DNA from: Clostridia bacterium
GTDB lineage: Bacteria > Bacillota > Clostridia > TANB77 > CAG-465
Assembly: GCA_036645795.1 (NCBI GenBank)
Contig: JAVXNL010000002.1
Coordinates: forward strand, 1 to 39,326
Direction: 5' to 3'
Length of the DNA stretch: 39,326 nt
Part shown: positions 18,382 to 26,536 of the stretch, piece after piece
Layout of the letters: each line of letters begins with the position of its first letter
Position numbering within the stretch: the stretch's first letter is position 1
Notes under the pieces: model-generated
Told to the model about the DNA's origin: nothing
Databases searched by the model: none
What the model saw: only the letters and a program-made list of their open reading frames with translations
Translations under genes and position numbers: made by a program

Positions 18382-18663
18382 TTATCTTTTTAACTTACTT
18401 TTTTTATCTCCTGCATGGCCTTTAAAAAGTCTTGTTGGAGCAAATTCTCCTAATTTATGTCCTACCATTTCCTCAGTAATATATACTGGAACATGTTTTC
18501 TACCATTATGTACAGCTATTGTATGACCAATCATTTGTGGAAATATAGTAGAGGCTCTTGACCAAGTCTTTAAAGCTTCTTTTTTATCTTGCTCATTTAG
18601 CACTTCTACTCTTTTAAGCAATCTTTCATCACAATATGGTCCTTTTTTTAACGATCTTGACAT
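18382..18663 (-). CDS. rpsS: 30S ribosomal protein S19
   Basis: [10 protein letters not shown] and [27 protein letters not shown]. Confidence 0.97.
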   Translation of the reverse strand: MSRSLKKGPYCDERLLKRVEVLNEQDKKEALKTWSRASTIFPQMIGHTIAVHNGRKHVPVYITEEMVGHKLGEFAPTRLFKGHAGDKKSKLKR

Positions 18664-18681
18664 TTTTTATCCCTCCATACT

Positions 18682-19515
18682 CTATTTTTTCTTTCTTCTC
18701 TTAACTATGTACTTATCTGTTCTGTGATTTTTCTTTCTTGTTCTTAATCCAAGTGCTGGTTTACCCCATGGAGTACGTGGTCCTGAATGTCCTACTGGCG
18801 CTTTACCTTCACCACCACCATGTGGATGATCACATGGATTCATTGCGCTACCTCTAACTGTAGGTCTAAATCCCATATGTCTTTTTCTTCCAGCTTTACC
18901 GATTTTTATATTTTCAGCATCTAAGTTTCCTACTTGGCCTATACATGCTTTACAATTTACTGATATAAGTCTCATTTCTCCAGAAGGCATTCTAACATGT
19001 GCATATTTTCCTTCTTTTGCCATAAGTTGAGCTGACATTCCAGCACTTCTTACCAGCTGAGCTCCTTTTCCTATATGTAGTTCAATGTTAAATATCATTG
19101 TACCTACAGGTATTGATCTTATAGGCATACAATTTCCAGGTTTTACATCTGTTTTTTCTGCAGACAATACTTTATCTCCATCTGTAAGCCCGTTTGGAGC
19201 TATTATATATGCTCTTTGTCCATCTGTATACTCAATCAAAGCAACATTTGCACTTCTGTTAGGATCGTATTCAATACCTATTACAGTCGCTTCCATATCT
19301 ACTTTATTTCTTTTAAAATCAATTACTCTATACTTTCTTCTGCATCCACCACCACGATGTCTTACTGTTATTTTACCAGAAACATTTCTTCCTGCAGTTT
19401 TCTTTATTCCTGTAAGTAGTTTCTTTTCTGGCTCTTTTTTAGTAATCTCGTCGTTTGTTAAAACTGTCATATTTCTTAGTGATGGAGTTACAGGTTTAAA
19501 TGATTTTATTCCCAT
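18682..19515 (-). CDS. rplB: 50S ribosomal protein L2
   Basis: [15 protein letters not shown] and [14 protein letters not shown]. Confidence 0.97.
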   Translation of the reverse strand: MGIKSFKPVTPSLRNMTVLTNDEITKKEPEKKLLTGIKKTAGRNVSGKITVRHRGGGCRRKYRVIDFKRNKVDMEATVIGIEYDPNRSANVALIEYTDGQRAYIIAPNGLTDGDKVLSAEKTDVKPGNCMPIRSIPVGTMIFNIELHIGKGAQLVRSAGMSAQLMAKEGKYAHVRMPSGEMRLISVNCKACIGQVGNLDAENIKIGKAGRKRHMGFRPTVRGSAMNPCDHPHGGGEGKAPVGHSGPRTPWGKPALGLRTRKKNHRTDKYIVKRRKKK

Positions 19516-19527
19516 TTCAATTCCCTC

Positions 19528-19890
19528 CTAGTTATTTCCAAATGCTGAACTAATTTCTTGTATTTCAGTTTTGTACTTTTTATTTGTTTTAGTTTGTTTT
19601 CCACCTTTTGTTAAATATTTTTCATCAGCAGGATTTGTATCAATTGCAACAATTGCTTTTTTCCATGCTTTTGTTAAACCTTGGTGTACTCCAACTCTTT
19701 TTTTCTTGCCATCATATCTTAATGTATTTACTTTTTTTACTTTAACGTTAAATAGTTCTTCTACTGCATTTTTAATCTCTACTTTAGAAGCATCAACTGC
19801 AACTTCAAAAGTATATTTTCCATAAGCAATATTTGCATAACTTTTCTCCGTCATTATTGGTTTTACAATTATATCTTCTGCATGTCTCAT
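19528..19890 (-). CDS. rplW: 50S ribosomal protein L23 (with a ~25-aa basic C-terminal extension)
   Basis: IIVKPIMTEKS and KYTFEVAVDASKVEIKNAVEELFNVKV. Confidence 0.94.
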   Translation of the reverse strand: MRHAEDIIVKPIMTEKSYANIAYGKYTFEVAVDASKVEIKNAVEELFNVKVKKVNTLRYDGKKKRVGVHQGLTKAWKKAIVAIDTNPADEKYLTKGGKQTKTNKKYKTEIQEISSAFGNN

Positions 19891-19891
19891 C

Positions 19892-20512
19892 TTACGCGTA
19901 CACCTCCTCTAATTTCTTTATTGCATCTTGTGTAACAACTAAAGCATCATATTTTAATAAATCAAATATATTAATCGTATTTACCAAAATTGCTTTTACA
20001 TTTGCAATATTTCTAGTAGATGCTTGAACATTTATATTCTTTTCATCTAACATAACTAAAGCCTTTGAAACTTTCAAGTTGTTTAAAACTTTTAACATTT
20101 CCTTAGTTTTAATTTCTTTTAATTCTATTTTATCAACAACTATTAAATTCTTTTCTTGTAGTTTTGAAGTCAAAACTGATTTTAGCGCTAGTTGTCTCAT
20201 TTTCTTAGGTATTGCATATTTATATGTTCTTGGTTTAGGGCCATGTGCAACACCACCTTTAACCCACTGAGGTGCTCTTATACTACCTTGTCTTGCTCTG
20301 CCTGTTCCTTTTTGTTTCCAAGGCTTTCTTCCTCCACCACGAACTTCCGCTCTTGTTTTAGTTGACCCAGTACCTTGTCTTTGGTTAGCTAAATAATTTA
20401 CTAAAGCTGTATGAACAACTATATCATTTACTTCTACTCCAAATACTGTTTCTGTTAAATCTAAGTCTCCTACTTTTTTACCTTCCATATTTAAAACGTC
20501 TACTTTAAGCAT
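19892..20512 (-). CDS. rplD: 50S ribosomal protein L4
   Basis: RQGTGSTKTRAEVRGGGRKPWKQKGTGRARQGS. Confidence 0.97.
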   Translation of the reverse strand: MLKVDVLNMEGKKVGDLDLTETVFGVEVNDIVVHTALVNYLANQRQGTGSTKTRAEVRGGGRKPWKQKGTGRARQGSIRAPQWVKGGVAHGPKPRTYKYAIPKKMRQLALKSVLTSKLQEKNLIVVDKIELKEIKTKEMLKVLNNLKVSKALVMLDEKNINVQASTRNIANVKAILVNTINIFDLLKYDALVVTQDAIKKLEEVYA

Positions 20513-20538
20513 TTTTATATTTCCTCCTTCCTTAAAGA

Positions 20539-21165
20539 TTACTTAACTGTCTTTCTAATTCTTACAACGCTACCTTTAGGTCCAGGAATAGATCCTTTTA
20601 CTAATATAACATTTTTATCCATATCTACTTTAACAACTTCTAAGTTTAATATTGAAGATACAACACTTCCCATATGCCCTGGTAATTTTTTTCCTTTAAA
20701 AACCCTACCTGGTGACGAAGTTGCTCCCATTGAACCTGGTCTTCTATGATATGTAGAACCATGAGTCATTGGACCTCTATGTTGGTTATGTCTTTTTATA
20801 ACACCTTGAAATCCTTTACCTTTAGATACACCTTGTATATCAACTCTATCTTCTGTTGTAAAAGTGCTAACTAAAATTTGGCTACCAATTTCATATTCAT
20901 CAGTACTATCCACCTTAATTTCTTTTAAATGTCTTTGTACGTCAACACCTGCTTTTGCAAATATTCCCTTAATAGGTTTGTTTACATTTTTTTCTTTTAC
21001 ATCTCCAAAACTTACTACTATTGAATTATATCCTTCTTTATCCGCTGTTTTTTTAGAAACAACTGTACAAGGCTTTGCTTCAATTGCAGTAACAGGAATT
21101 GCTTTTCCTTCTTCAGAAAATATTTGTGTCATCCCTACTTTTTTGCCGTAAATTTCTTTTACCAT
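20539..21165 (-). CDS. rplC: 50S ribosomal protein L3
   Basis: GKKVGMTQIF near the N-terminus and FQGVIKRHNQHRGPMTHGS. Start at ATG 21165, behind GGGAGG. Confidence 0.96.
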   Translation of the reverse strand: MVKEIYGKKVGMTQIFSEEGKAIPVTAIEAKPCTVVSKKTADKEGYNSIVVSFGDVKEKNVNKPIKGIFAKAGVDVQRHLKEIKVDSTDEYEIGSQILVSTFTTEDRVDIQGVSKGKGFQGVIKRHNQHRGPMTHGSTYHRRPGSMGATSSPGRVFKGKKLPGHMGSVVSSILNLEVVKVDMDKNVILVKGSIPGPKGSVVRIRKTVK

Positions 21166-21310
21166 TTTTGCTTTTCCTCCCTTTTCTTTTTTCTTTAAAC
21201 TCAATTTTAAATTGAAAAATCTTTTAAAATTTTAAACTTCATAGTACAGGGTTTGCTATTGCCTTACTTAAATAGAAAGGATAGCTACTAAATACAAGTT
21301 TTAGTTTAAA

Positions 21311-21628
21311 CTATAATTTTACTTCGATATCAACACCTGCAGGCATATCTATTGACATTAACGCGTCAACAGTTGCTTGGTTTGGTGCAATTACATCAAT
21401 AACTCTTTTATGAGTTCTCATTTCAAATTGTTCTCTTGAATCTTTATGTTTATGTGGAGAACGTAATATTGTAACAATTTCCTTTTTTGTTGGTAGTGGT
21501 ATAGGTCCAGAAACTTCAGAACCTGTTTTTTTTGCAACTTCAACTATCTTAGCTGCAGCTTGCTCTAGCACTACATGGTCATAAGCTTTAAGTCTTATTC
21601 TCATTTTTTTTGTTTCATTTTTTGACAT
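21311..21628 (-). CDS. rpsJ: 30S ribosomal protein S10
   Basis: [16 protein letters not shown] and [36 protein letters not shown]. Confidence 0.97.
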   Translation of the reverse strand: MSKNETKKMRIRLKAYDHVVLEQAAAKIVEVAKKTGSEVSGPIPLPTKKEIVTILRSPHKHKDSREQFEMRTHKRVIDVIAPNQATVDALMSIDMPAGVDIEVKL

Positions 21629-21849
21629 ATGTAAAACACTCCTTTTCTACGATTTGTTGGCGATACAAGTTTTACACTACCCCGTGTGTTTCATATTTTA
21701 CATATATTAAAACCAAATTTCATCAATAAAAATTTGGCAAATACACGTTAATCAATACTTGCCGCCTGATTTTAAACCAGACATGCTCCATAAAAGTTCC
21801 CTACTTCAATGAGTAGCCACATTTCACTTCAACGCAAATCAACATAATA
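21629..21849 (-). other. Long (~210 nt) 5' leader of the S10 operon with hairpin potential
   Basis: Lies between the promoter at 21850..21878 and the rpsJ ATG. It is locally more GC-rich than its surroundings. Hairpins seen: CTACT-cattga-AGTAG, GGCAA..TTGCC, and CCAAATTT-ttattgatg-AAATTTGG followed by TTTT. Confidence 0.45.
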
Positions 21850-21878
21850 ATTATACAGCACATTTAAGCAAAAAGCAA
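21850..21878 (-). promoter_or_regulatory. Sigma-A promoter TTGCTT-17-TATAAT for the S10 operon
   Basis: Hexamers read on the minus strand. Confidence 0.55.
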
Positions 21879-22012
21879 GTGTTTTTTAAAAAATAGTTAA
21901 AAAAAAGCCCAGAAAACGTTACACTCACAATTTATGTAATATTTCTGTAACATATCTATATTCATTTAAACCTCTACTATTTAAAAAATAACACTAAAAT
22001 AATTAAAAATAA

Positions 22013-22050
22013 GCCCCTAACATTTTTATATTTCAAAAAATGTTAGGAGC
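22013..22050. terminator. Hairpin terminator (15-bp stem with one mismatch) with T-rich flanks on both strands
   Basis: GCCCCTAACATTTTT / AAAAATGTTAGGAGC. Isolates the FGE-like gene transcript from the S10 promoter. Confidence 0.6.
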
Positions 22051-22204
22051 TATTATTTTATTTAGTTATCTCATAAAGAGCTCTATTGAACTCTTTTTTA
22101 AGTTCATCTTCTGTCTTTTGCCAGCCTCTAAGGCTTCCTTCAACCCCAATACAAACTACTGATAACACTTAATTCCTTTTATTTAATTTAACTATAATTA
22201 ATAG

Positions 22205-23233
22205 TTACTTTTTGCCATTTTCTACTTTTATATATAGAGTAACTCTAAATCCTAAACTTTGCTTTTTAAAATCAGGAAAATACGCTGTACTAGTTGCAGG
22301 CGTTTCTTGCAAAGCTTTTGTTTCATAAGAATCTCCCCTTGCAATACGTGACTCATTTCCGTACTCCATAGTCCATTCTTGTATATTGCCACTTAAATCG
22401 TATATATTCTTAATCTTATTTGCATCTTTTTGGCCTGTTTTTAAAGCAGTTTGTTCTTTACTTATATTTTCACTCGTAACATTTGAACTATTACTTGCTG
22501 TTAGTAAGTATGGCTCACCACTACTGCTTTTTTCATCACTTATATATTTACATACCGCATTCCATTGACATCCGTACACAAGAGTTGAGGCTACTTCACT
22601 ATGTCTATTGTTTTCTTTGTACATTGCCCTTGATACTTTTAAAGCTCCATCTTTTGGTGACATATCGTTTCCCGCTATTTGCTTTTCTCCTATTTCTATA
22701 CGCTGTGTTGAATCGCTCCACGGAATATTTCCCCAAACACTTGCACCTTTTATAGATACTGGTATATCTTCTCCATTTATTTGTAATCCCATTTTATCTT
22801 TATATTTCTCTGGTTTTCCTGCTTCATACCTTGCAATGTAAAATCCACCATATTTTCTAACACTCTCTAGCATATTTACATACTCTGTTGTAGCTGTATT
22901 ATCTGCATACTTTGTTTTGGAATTAGTGTAAGATGTAGTTCCATCATTTGAAACATTTCCATTTTCAAACGCTGAAATATCACTTACCGGTATCCAAACA
23001 AACTCACTTTTTGTTTTTTTATCTTCTATAACATATCCCTCAGAAATATTTCCACCTATATACTTAAACCCTTTAGGAACATACGGCATATCTGCACTTG
23101 ATACTTCTTTTTTTCTGCTTCCACAACCAACCTTTGAATCAATTCTATTTTGTATAAAACCAATAAGCAAAAAAAAGATAAGAATTACTCCTACACTAAC
23201 AAGCACCACTTTATCTTTATTTCTCATTTTCAT
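22205..23233 (-). CDS. Membrane-anchored FGE-sulfatase (SUMF1/DUF323) superfamily protein
   Basis: TM anchor VVLVSVGVILIFFLLIGF. Also FVWIP, FYIARYEAG, IYDLSGNIQEWT, ARGDS and the C-terminal LGFRV typical of the fold. Start at ATG 23233, behind GGGGGG. Confidence 0.65.
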   Translation of the reverse strand: MKMRNKDKVVLVSVGVILIFFLLIGFIQNRIDSKVGCGSRKKEVSSADMPYVPKGFKYIGGNISEGYVIEDKKTKSEFVWIPVSDISAFENGNVSNDGTTSYTNSKTKYADNTATTEYVNMLESVRKYGGFYIARYEAGKPEKYKDKMGLQINGEDIPVSIKGASVWGNIPWSDSTQRIEIGEKQIAGNDMSPKDGALKVSRAMYKENNRHSEVASTLVYGCQWNAVCKYISDEKSSSGEPYLLTASNSSNVTSENISKEQTALKTGQKDANKIKNIYDLSGNIQEWTMEYGNESRIARGDSYETKALQETPATSTAYFPDFKKQSLGFRVTLYIKVENGKK

Positions 23234-23335
23234 AATATATCCCCCCATTTCTTTATTACATACCAATTATATAATATTTCACTTTATTATACAACCATTA
23301 TTTATATAATTTTCTATACTTTTTTGAAAGAAATA

Positions 23336-23364
23336 TTGTAAAAACGCCATTCATATGATAATAT
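23336..23364 (+). promoter_or_regulatory. Putative promoter TTGTAA-17-TAATAT (TG-extended)
   Basis: Hexamers read directly upstream of the kinase-like gene. Confidence 0.4.
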
Positions 23365-23396
23365 ATTATTTAAGAAACATATAAGGAGTGATTTTT

Positions 23397-23975
23397 ATGG
23401 CAAATTCAAAAGTTATAATTGTAGAAGGTGCTCAAGGAGTTGGAAAGACAACCATTACCGACTACATTAGACATTCATTAAAATATACTAATCTATATAG
23501 ACTATGTGGAACCTCAGACAGTTCACCTAATGGGCTGTATAAATCTATAAATATGTACAGTAATCTATTAAACTATATGCAAACGCTTGAAAATAATAGT
23601 ATCAATTTACTTTTTGATAGAACTTTTTTTACCGAAGAAAACTATAGTAGACTTGGAAAAAAAGATTATTCTTTTTCCGATTCATATAACATTTTATTAG
23701 AAAGATTTTCAAAACTTGACTTTGATATTTACTACATTACTCTATATTTAGAAGATACTTCTCTTTACTCTAAACGTTTACAAAGAGAAAACAAAGCAGT
23801 ACCAGAATATGCACAGTTTAATTTTGAAAGCAGTATTAAGCAACAAAGTGTATATCTTGATATGTCAGATGAAATAAAAAAGCTCTATCCTCATATACAT
23901 GTATATAACGTTGAAAATGGCGATAATATTAATATTGTACAAAGTAAACTAAATAAGATATTAAACATCGTATAA
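23397..23975 (+). CDS. P-loop nucleoside/nucleotide kinase-like protein (dNK/TMPK-like fold)
   Basis: The Walker A VIIVEGAQGVGKTT lies at the extreme N-terminus. LLFDRTFFTEENY resembles the DR(Y/S) substrate motif, and RLQRENK looks like a lid segment. ~192 aa. AAGGAG RBS. Confidence 0.5.
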   Translation: MANSKVIIVEGAQGVGKTTITDYIRHSLKYTNLYRLCGTSDSSPNGLYKSINMYSNLLNYMQTLENNSINLLFDRTFFTEENYSRLGKKDYSFSDSYNILLERFSKLDFDIYYITLYLEDTSLYSKRLQRENKAVPEYAQFNFESSIKQQSVYLDMSDEIKKLYPHIHVYNVENGDNINIVQSKLNKILNIV

Positions 23976-24063
23976 ATTCCACAAAAAATTAATTGATTTT
24001 TTAAAATTTCTATGATAACATCTTAATATATATAACACAGTATTATACCAGGAGGTAATATCT

Positions 24064-25011
24064 ATGGAAAACAAAATAAATAACTTTTTAATAAAGTATA
24101 AAAAGCCCATAACAATAATAATATTTGTTTTAATTATTGTGCTCTTCATCACTATACTCTTATCTTTTACAAAACGTAAAATAAAAGAAGTATCAACACC
24201 TGTTGCAAAAGAGAACATAACACAAGAAAATACAGAACCTGAAAAGGCACAAAAAAAGCCTAAAGTAGAAAAGGCATATAGTGTAACCGATAAATATCCC
24301 GTATACAAAAAGTCGGAGAAAAATATAAAAATACCGGTTTTAATATATCATGCTTTTCAATCAACACTACCGCCAGATGACAAATATAAACTTTTTGTAA
24401 CTAGCGAGAAATTCGAAGAGCAAATAAAAGCACTTGTAGATGATGGATATACATTTATAGCTTTTGAAGATTTAATAAAATATAACAATGAACAATTAGG
24501 GCTCCCTGAAAAAGTCGTTTTAATAACAATGGATGATGGATGGGAAGGTGAGTACAGGGATGCTTACCCAATACTTTTGAAATATAATCTAAAAGCTACT
24601 ATTTTTATAGTAAATGACCTTATGGGAACACCAGGATATATGAATTGGGACCAAGCAAAAGAAATGTATAATGGTGGCTTAGTAAAAATACATACACACG
24701 GAAAAAAACACATTGAATACTCTCAAGTAGCAAAATCTACCTTAGTACAAGATGTAACGTACTCACAAAATAAAATAGATGAAATGTTGGGAGAACCACA
24801 AGAAAAAATCTTTGCATATCCATCTGGCAAATATAGTGCAGCTTCAATTTCTTGGCTAAAAGAAATTGGCTTTGATGTACAAGTTTTAACTAAATATGGC
24901 ACAGTTAATTCAAGCGCTAATTTAGATTTGACAAATATTGGAAGAATTAGATGTGAACAAACAACAACAGGAAAGCATATTTTAGATGTAATTAATAATA
25001 CTTCTTTATAA
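24064..25011 (+). CDS. Membrane-anchored polysaccharide deacetylase (NodB homology domain)
   Basis: TM anchor, then IPVLIYHAF, VLITMDDGWEG (TFDDG-type motif), ATIFIV and HTHGKKH. Confidence 0.8.
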   Translation: MENKINNFLIKYKKPITIIIFVLIIVLFITILLSFTKRKIKEVSTPVAKENITQENTEPEKAQKKPKVEKAYSVTDKYPVYKKSEKNIKIPVLIYHAFQSTLPPDDKYKLFVTSEKFEEQIKALVDDGYTFIAFEDLIKYNNEQLGLPEKVVLITMDDGWEGEYRDAYPILLKYNLKATIFIVNDLMGTPGYMNWDQAKEMYNGGLVKIHTHGKKHIEYSQVAKSTLVQDVTYSQNKIDEMLGEPQEKIFAYPSGKYSAASISWLKEIGFDVQVLTKYGTVNSSANLDLTNIGRIRCEQTTTGKHILDVINNTSL

Positions 25012-25021
25012 ATACAAAAAA

Positions 25022-25049
25022 AAGGCGCTAACAATTATGTTAACGCCTT
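25022..25049. terminator. Bidirectional terminator between convergent genes
   Basis: AAGGCGCTAACA-atta-TGTTAACGCCTT, with an A-run upstream and a T-run downstream. Confidence 0.65.
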
Positions 25050-25058
25050 ATTTTATAT

Positions 25059-25646
25059 TTACAAAATTCTTTTAAACTCCCTATTATCTATACTAAACCC
25101 TACCATGCAAAGCCATTGAGTTTCCTCATCTACATCTTTCGGGTTTATATCAAAAATATTTCCCCAACTTTTTATCACTTGCTTTTTGCATTTTATTTGC
25201 TCGCAAGATAATTTACGATCAGGATATACCACCATGTCAGATATATAGCCACATTTGTTTTTTCGATCTTCAAATATAGCTTTTTCTTCACTCCAATTAG
25301 GCAGTATTAATTTACCACTAAACGCGGCAATTAAACTTTCAAAATCAATATATATCAACTTATTTTGAATAATATTACATTCAATAATATTATAAGCTGA
25401 TTCATTATCGCCAAACATATTCATATACTCTGGCTTTCTAATATAAAATATTATTGGCTGATAGTTGTTATCAGCCAATCTTAATCTTTTGCTTAATTCC
25501 CTTGATAAATACTTGTACACTTTATTCTCTATTTGACTCTTCCCCTTTTTTTGAGCATACAATGTAGCATTATATTCTTTTCCAATACTCATACACCGTA
25601 ACAATTTTTCTACTTCTTCTTTTGTTAAAGTGATATAACATTTCAT
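25059..25646 (-). CDS. Uncharacterised cytoplasmic protein, tandem paralog 2 (195 aa)
   Basis: AGGAGA RBS. Shares MKCYITL, KVY..L, P(I/L)IF..(R/Q)KP.Y, EC.I.....L.(Y/F)IDFE.L, GY..DM and SW with 25684..26277. Confidence 0.75.
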   Translation of the reverse strand: MKCYITLTKEEVEKLLRCMSIGKEYNATLYAQKKGKSQIENKVYKYLSRELSKRLRLADNNYQPIIFYIRKPEYMNMFGDNESAYNIIECNIIQNKLIYIDFESLIAAFSGKLILPNWSEEKAIFEDRKNKCGYISDMVVYPDRKLSCEQIKCKKQVIKSWGNIFDINPKDVDEETQWLCMVGFSIDNREFKRIL

Positions 25647-25683
25647 AATCTTCTCCTTTTAATTATCAGGTTAAATTTGTTTT

Positions 25684-26277
25684 TTACCATACCTCTGTTA
25701 TGTTTTTTATATAACTACCTTTTATTTTAAACGTTACAATGCTCATCCATTTTCCTTCTTGGTCATTTCCTTGTTGTGTTTCGAAAAAACATTTCCAACT
25801 TTCAAATATCCATTTCTTTATTTCTTTTTGTGAAATAGTTAATTTATCACTTGATTTTATAATCATATCCGGCCTATATCCAGATATTCTAGCACTACTT
25901 TTAAATCTGTTATATTCTATAGTACTAGATGATACTATATCTCCAAGTGATGCTTGTTCTAACTTTTCGAAATCGATAAAAAGCAATTCTTCATCAGGTA
26001 TTTCACATTCTAAAAGATATTCTTTAACCTCATCTGCAAAAGCAGCTATGTATTTTGGTTTTTGCGTCTCAAATATAAGGGGATATAATTTTTCTTCTCC
26101 TTCTATATTGGGTAGTTTTTCCCTCATCCACTCTGCCAAACAAGAATATACTTTTGCTTTGATTAATCCATATTTTCCCTTTTGAAAAAATGTACTTTCA
26201 GTATAATCATCTCCATTAATTAAAGCCTTTTGCATTATCTTGTAATTTGTTTCTGATAAAGTAATATAACATTTCAT
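25684..26277 (-). CDS. Uncharacterised cytoplasmic protein, tandem paralog 1 (197 aa)
   Basis: AGGAGA RBS. Roughly 30 percent identical by eye to 25059..25646. The layout is loosely reminiscent of DUF3841-type proteins (unverified). Confidence 0.75.
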   Translation of the reverse strand: MKCYITLSETNYKIMQKALINGDDYTESTFFQKGKYGLIKAKVYSCLAEWMREKLPNIEGEEKLYPLIFETQKPKYIAAFADEVKEYLLECEIPDEELLFIDFEKLEQASLGDIVSSSTIEYNRFKSSARISGYRPDMIIKSSDKLTISQKEIKKWIFESWKCFFETQQGNDQEGKWMSIVTFKIKGSYIKNITEVW

Positions 26278-26337
26278 GTTTTTCTCCTTTTTACCAAATC
26301 ATACTAATTTTTTTAACATAGTTCATTCCCATATTCG

Positions 26338-26400
26338 CTAAACGAAAAAATCTTTTAAAATCTTTAAATCTTTTTTTGATAATAAAATATAACCTTTCAT
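26338..26400 (-). pseudogene. Truncated third copy of the MK(C/G)YI(T/L)L paralog (20 codons)
   Basis: AGGAGA RBS plus ATG, reading MKGYILLSKKDLKILKDFFV then stop. It matches the N-terminus of the two downstream paralogs. Confidence 0.5.
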
Positions 26401-26453
26401 ATTTCTCCTTTCTTTAATTTAATACAATCAAAAGCTATTATTATTTTGTATAC

Positions 26454-26482
26454 ATTGTATCATTTTTTTGTTTAAAAGTCAA
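26454..26482 (-). promoter_or_regulatory. Near-consensus sigma-A promoter TTGACT-17-TACAAT (TG-extended) driving the paralog array
   Basis: Hexamers and spacer read on the minus strand, ~50 nt upstream of the remnant ATG. Confidence 0.6.
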
Positions 26483-26536
26483 TAATGCCATCCATATGAA
26501 GCTTGAGTTTTACATAATGTTGGCTTTATCATCTTA

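Noticed and set aside
12380-21151. Many plus-strand ORFs of 60-150 aa inside the ribosomal operon and secY (e.g. 15329..15643, 19085..19531, 20864..21151)
   Set aside because: These are antisense shadow ORFs of highly expressed, confidently identified minus-strand genes. Their translations are low-complexity and there are no RBS or promoter signals.
22058-22168. 36-codon GTG-initiated minus-strand ORF (VLSVVCIGVEGSLRGWQKTEDELKKEFNRALYEITK) between the FGE-like gene and the terminator
   Set aside because: There is no ATG, only a weak AAGGA 5 nt upstream, and no recognisable family. It could be a gene remnant or a real micro-protein, but the evidence is insufficient to call it.
23961-24308. 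Minus-strand 115-aa ORF overlapping the start of the deacetylase gene
   Set aside because: It is antisense to a confidently assigned NodB-domain gene. The translation is hydrophobic and low-complexity, and there is no RBS.
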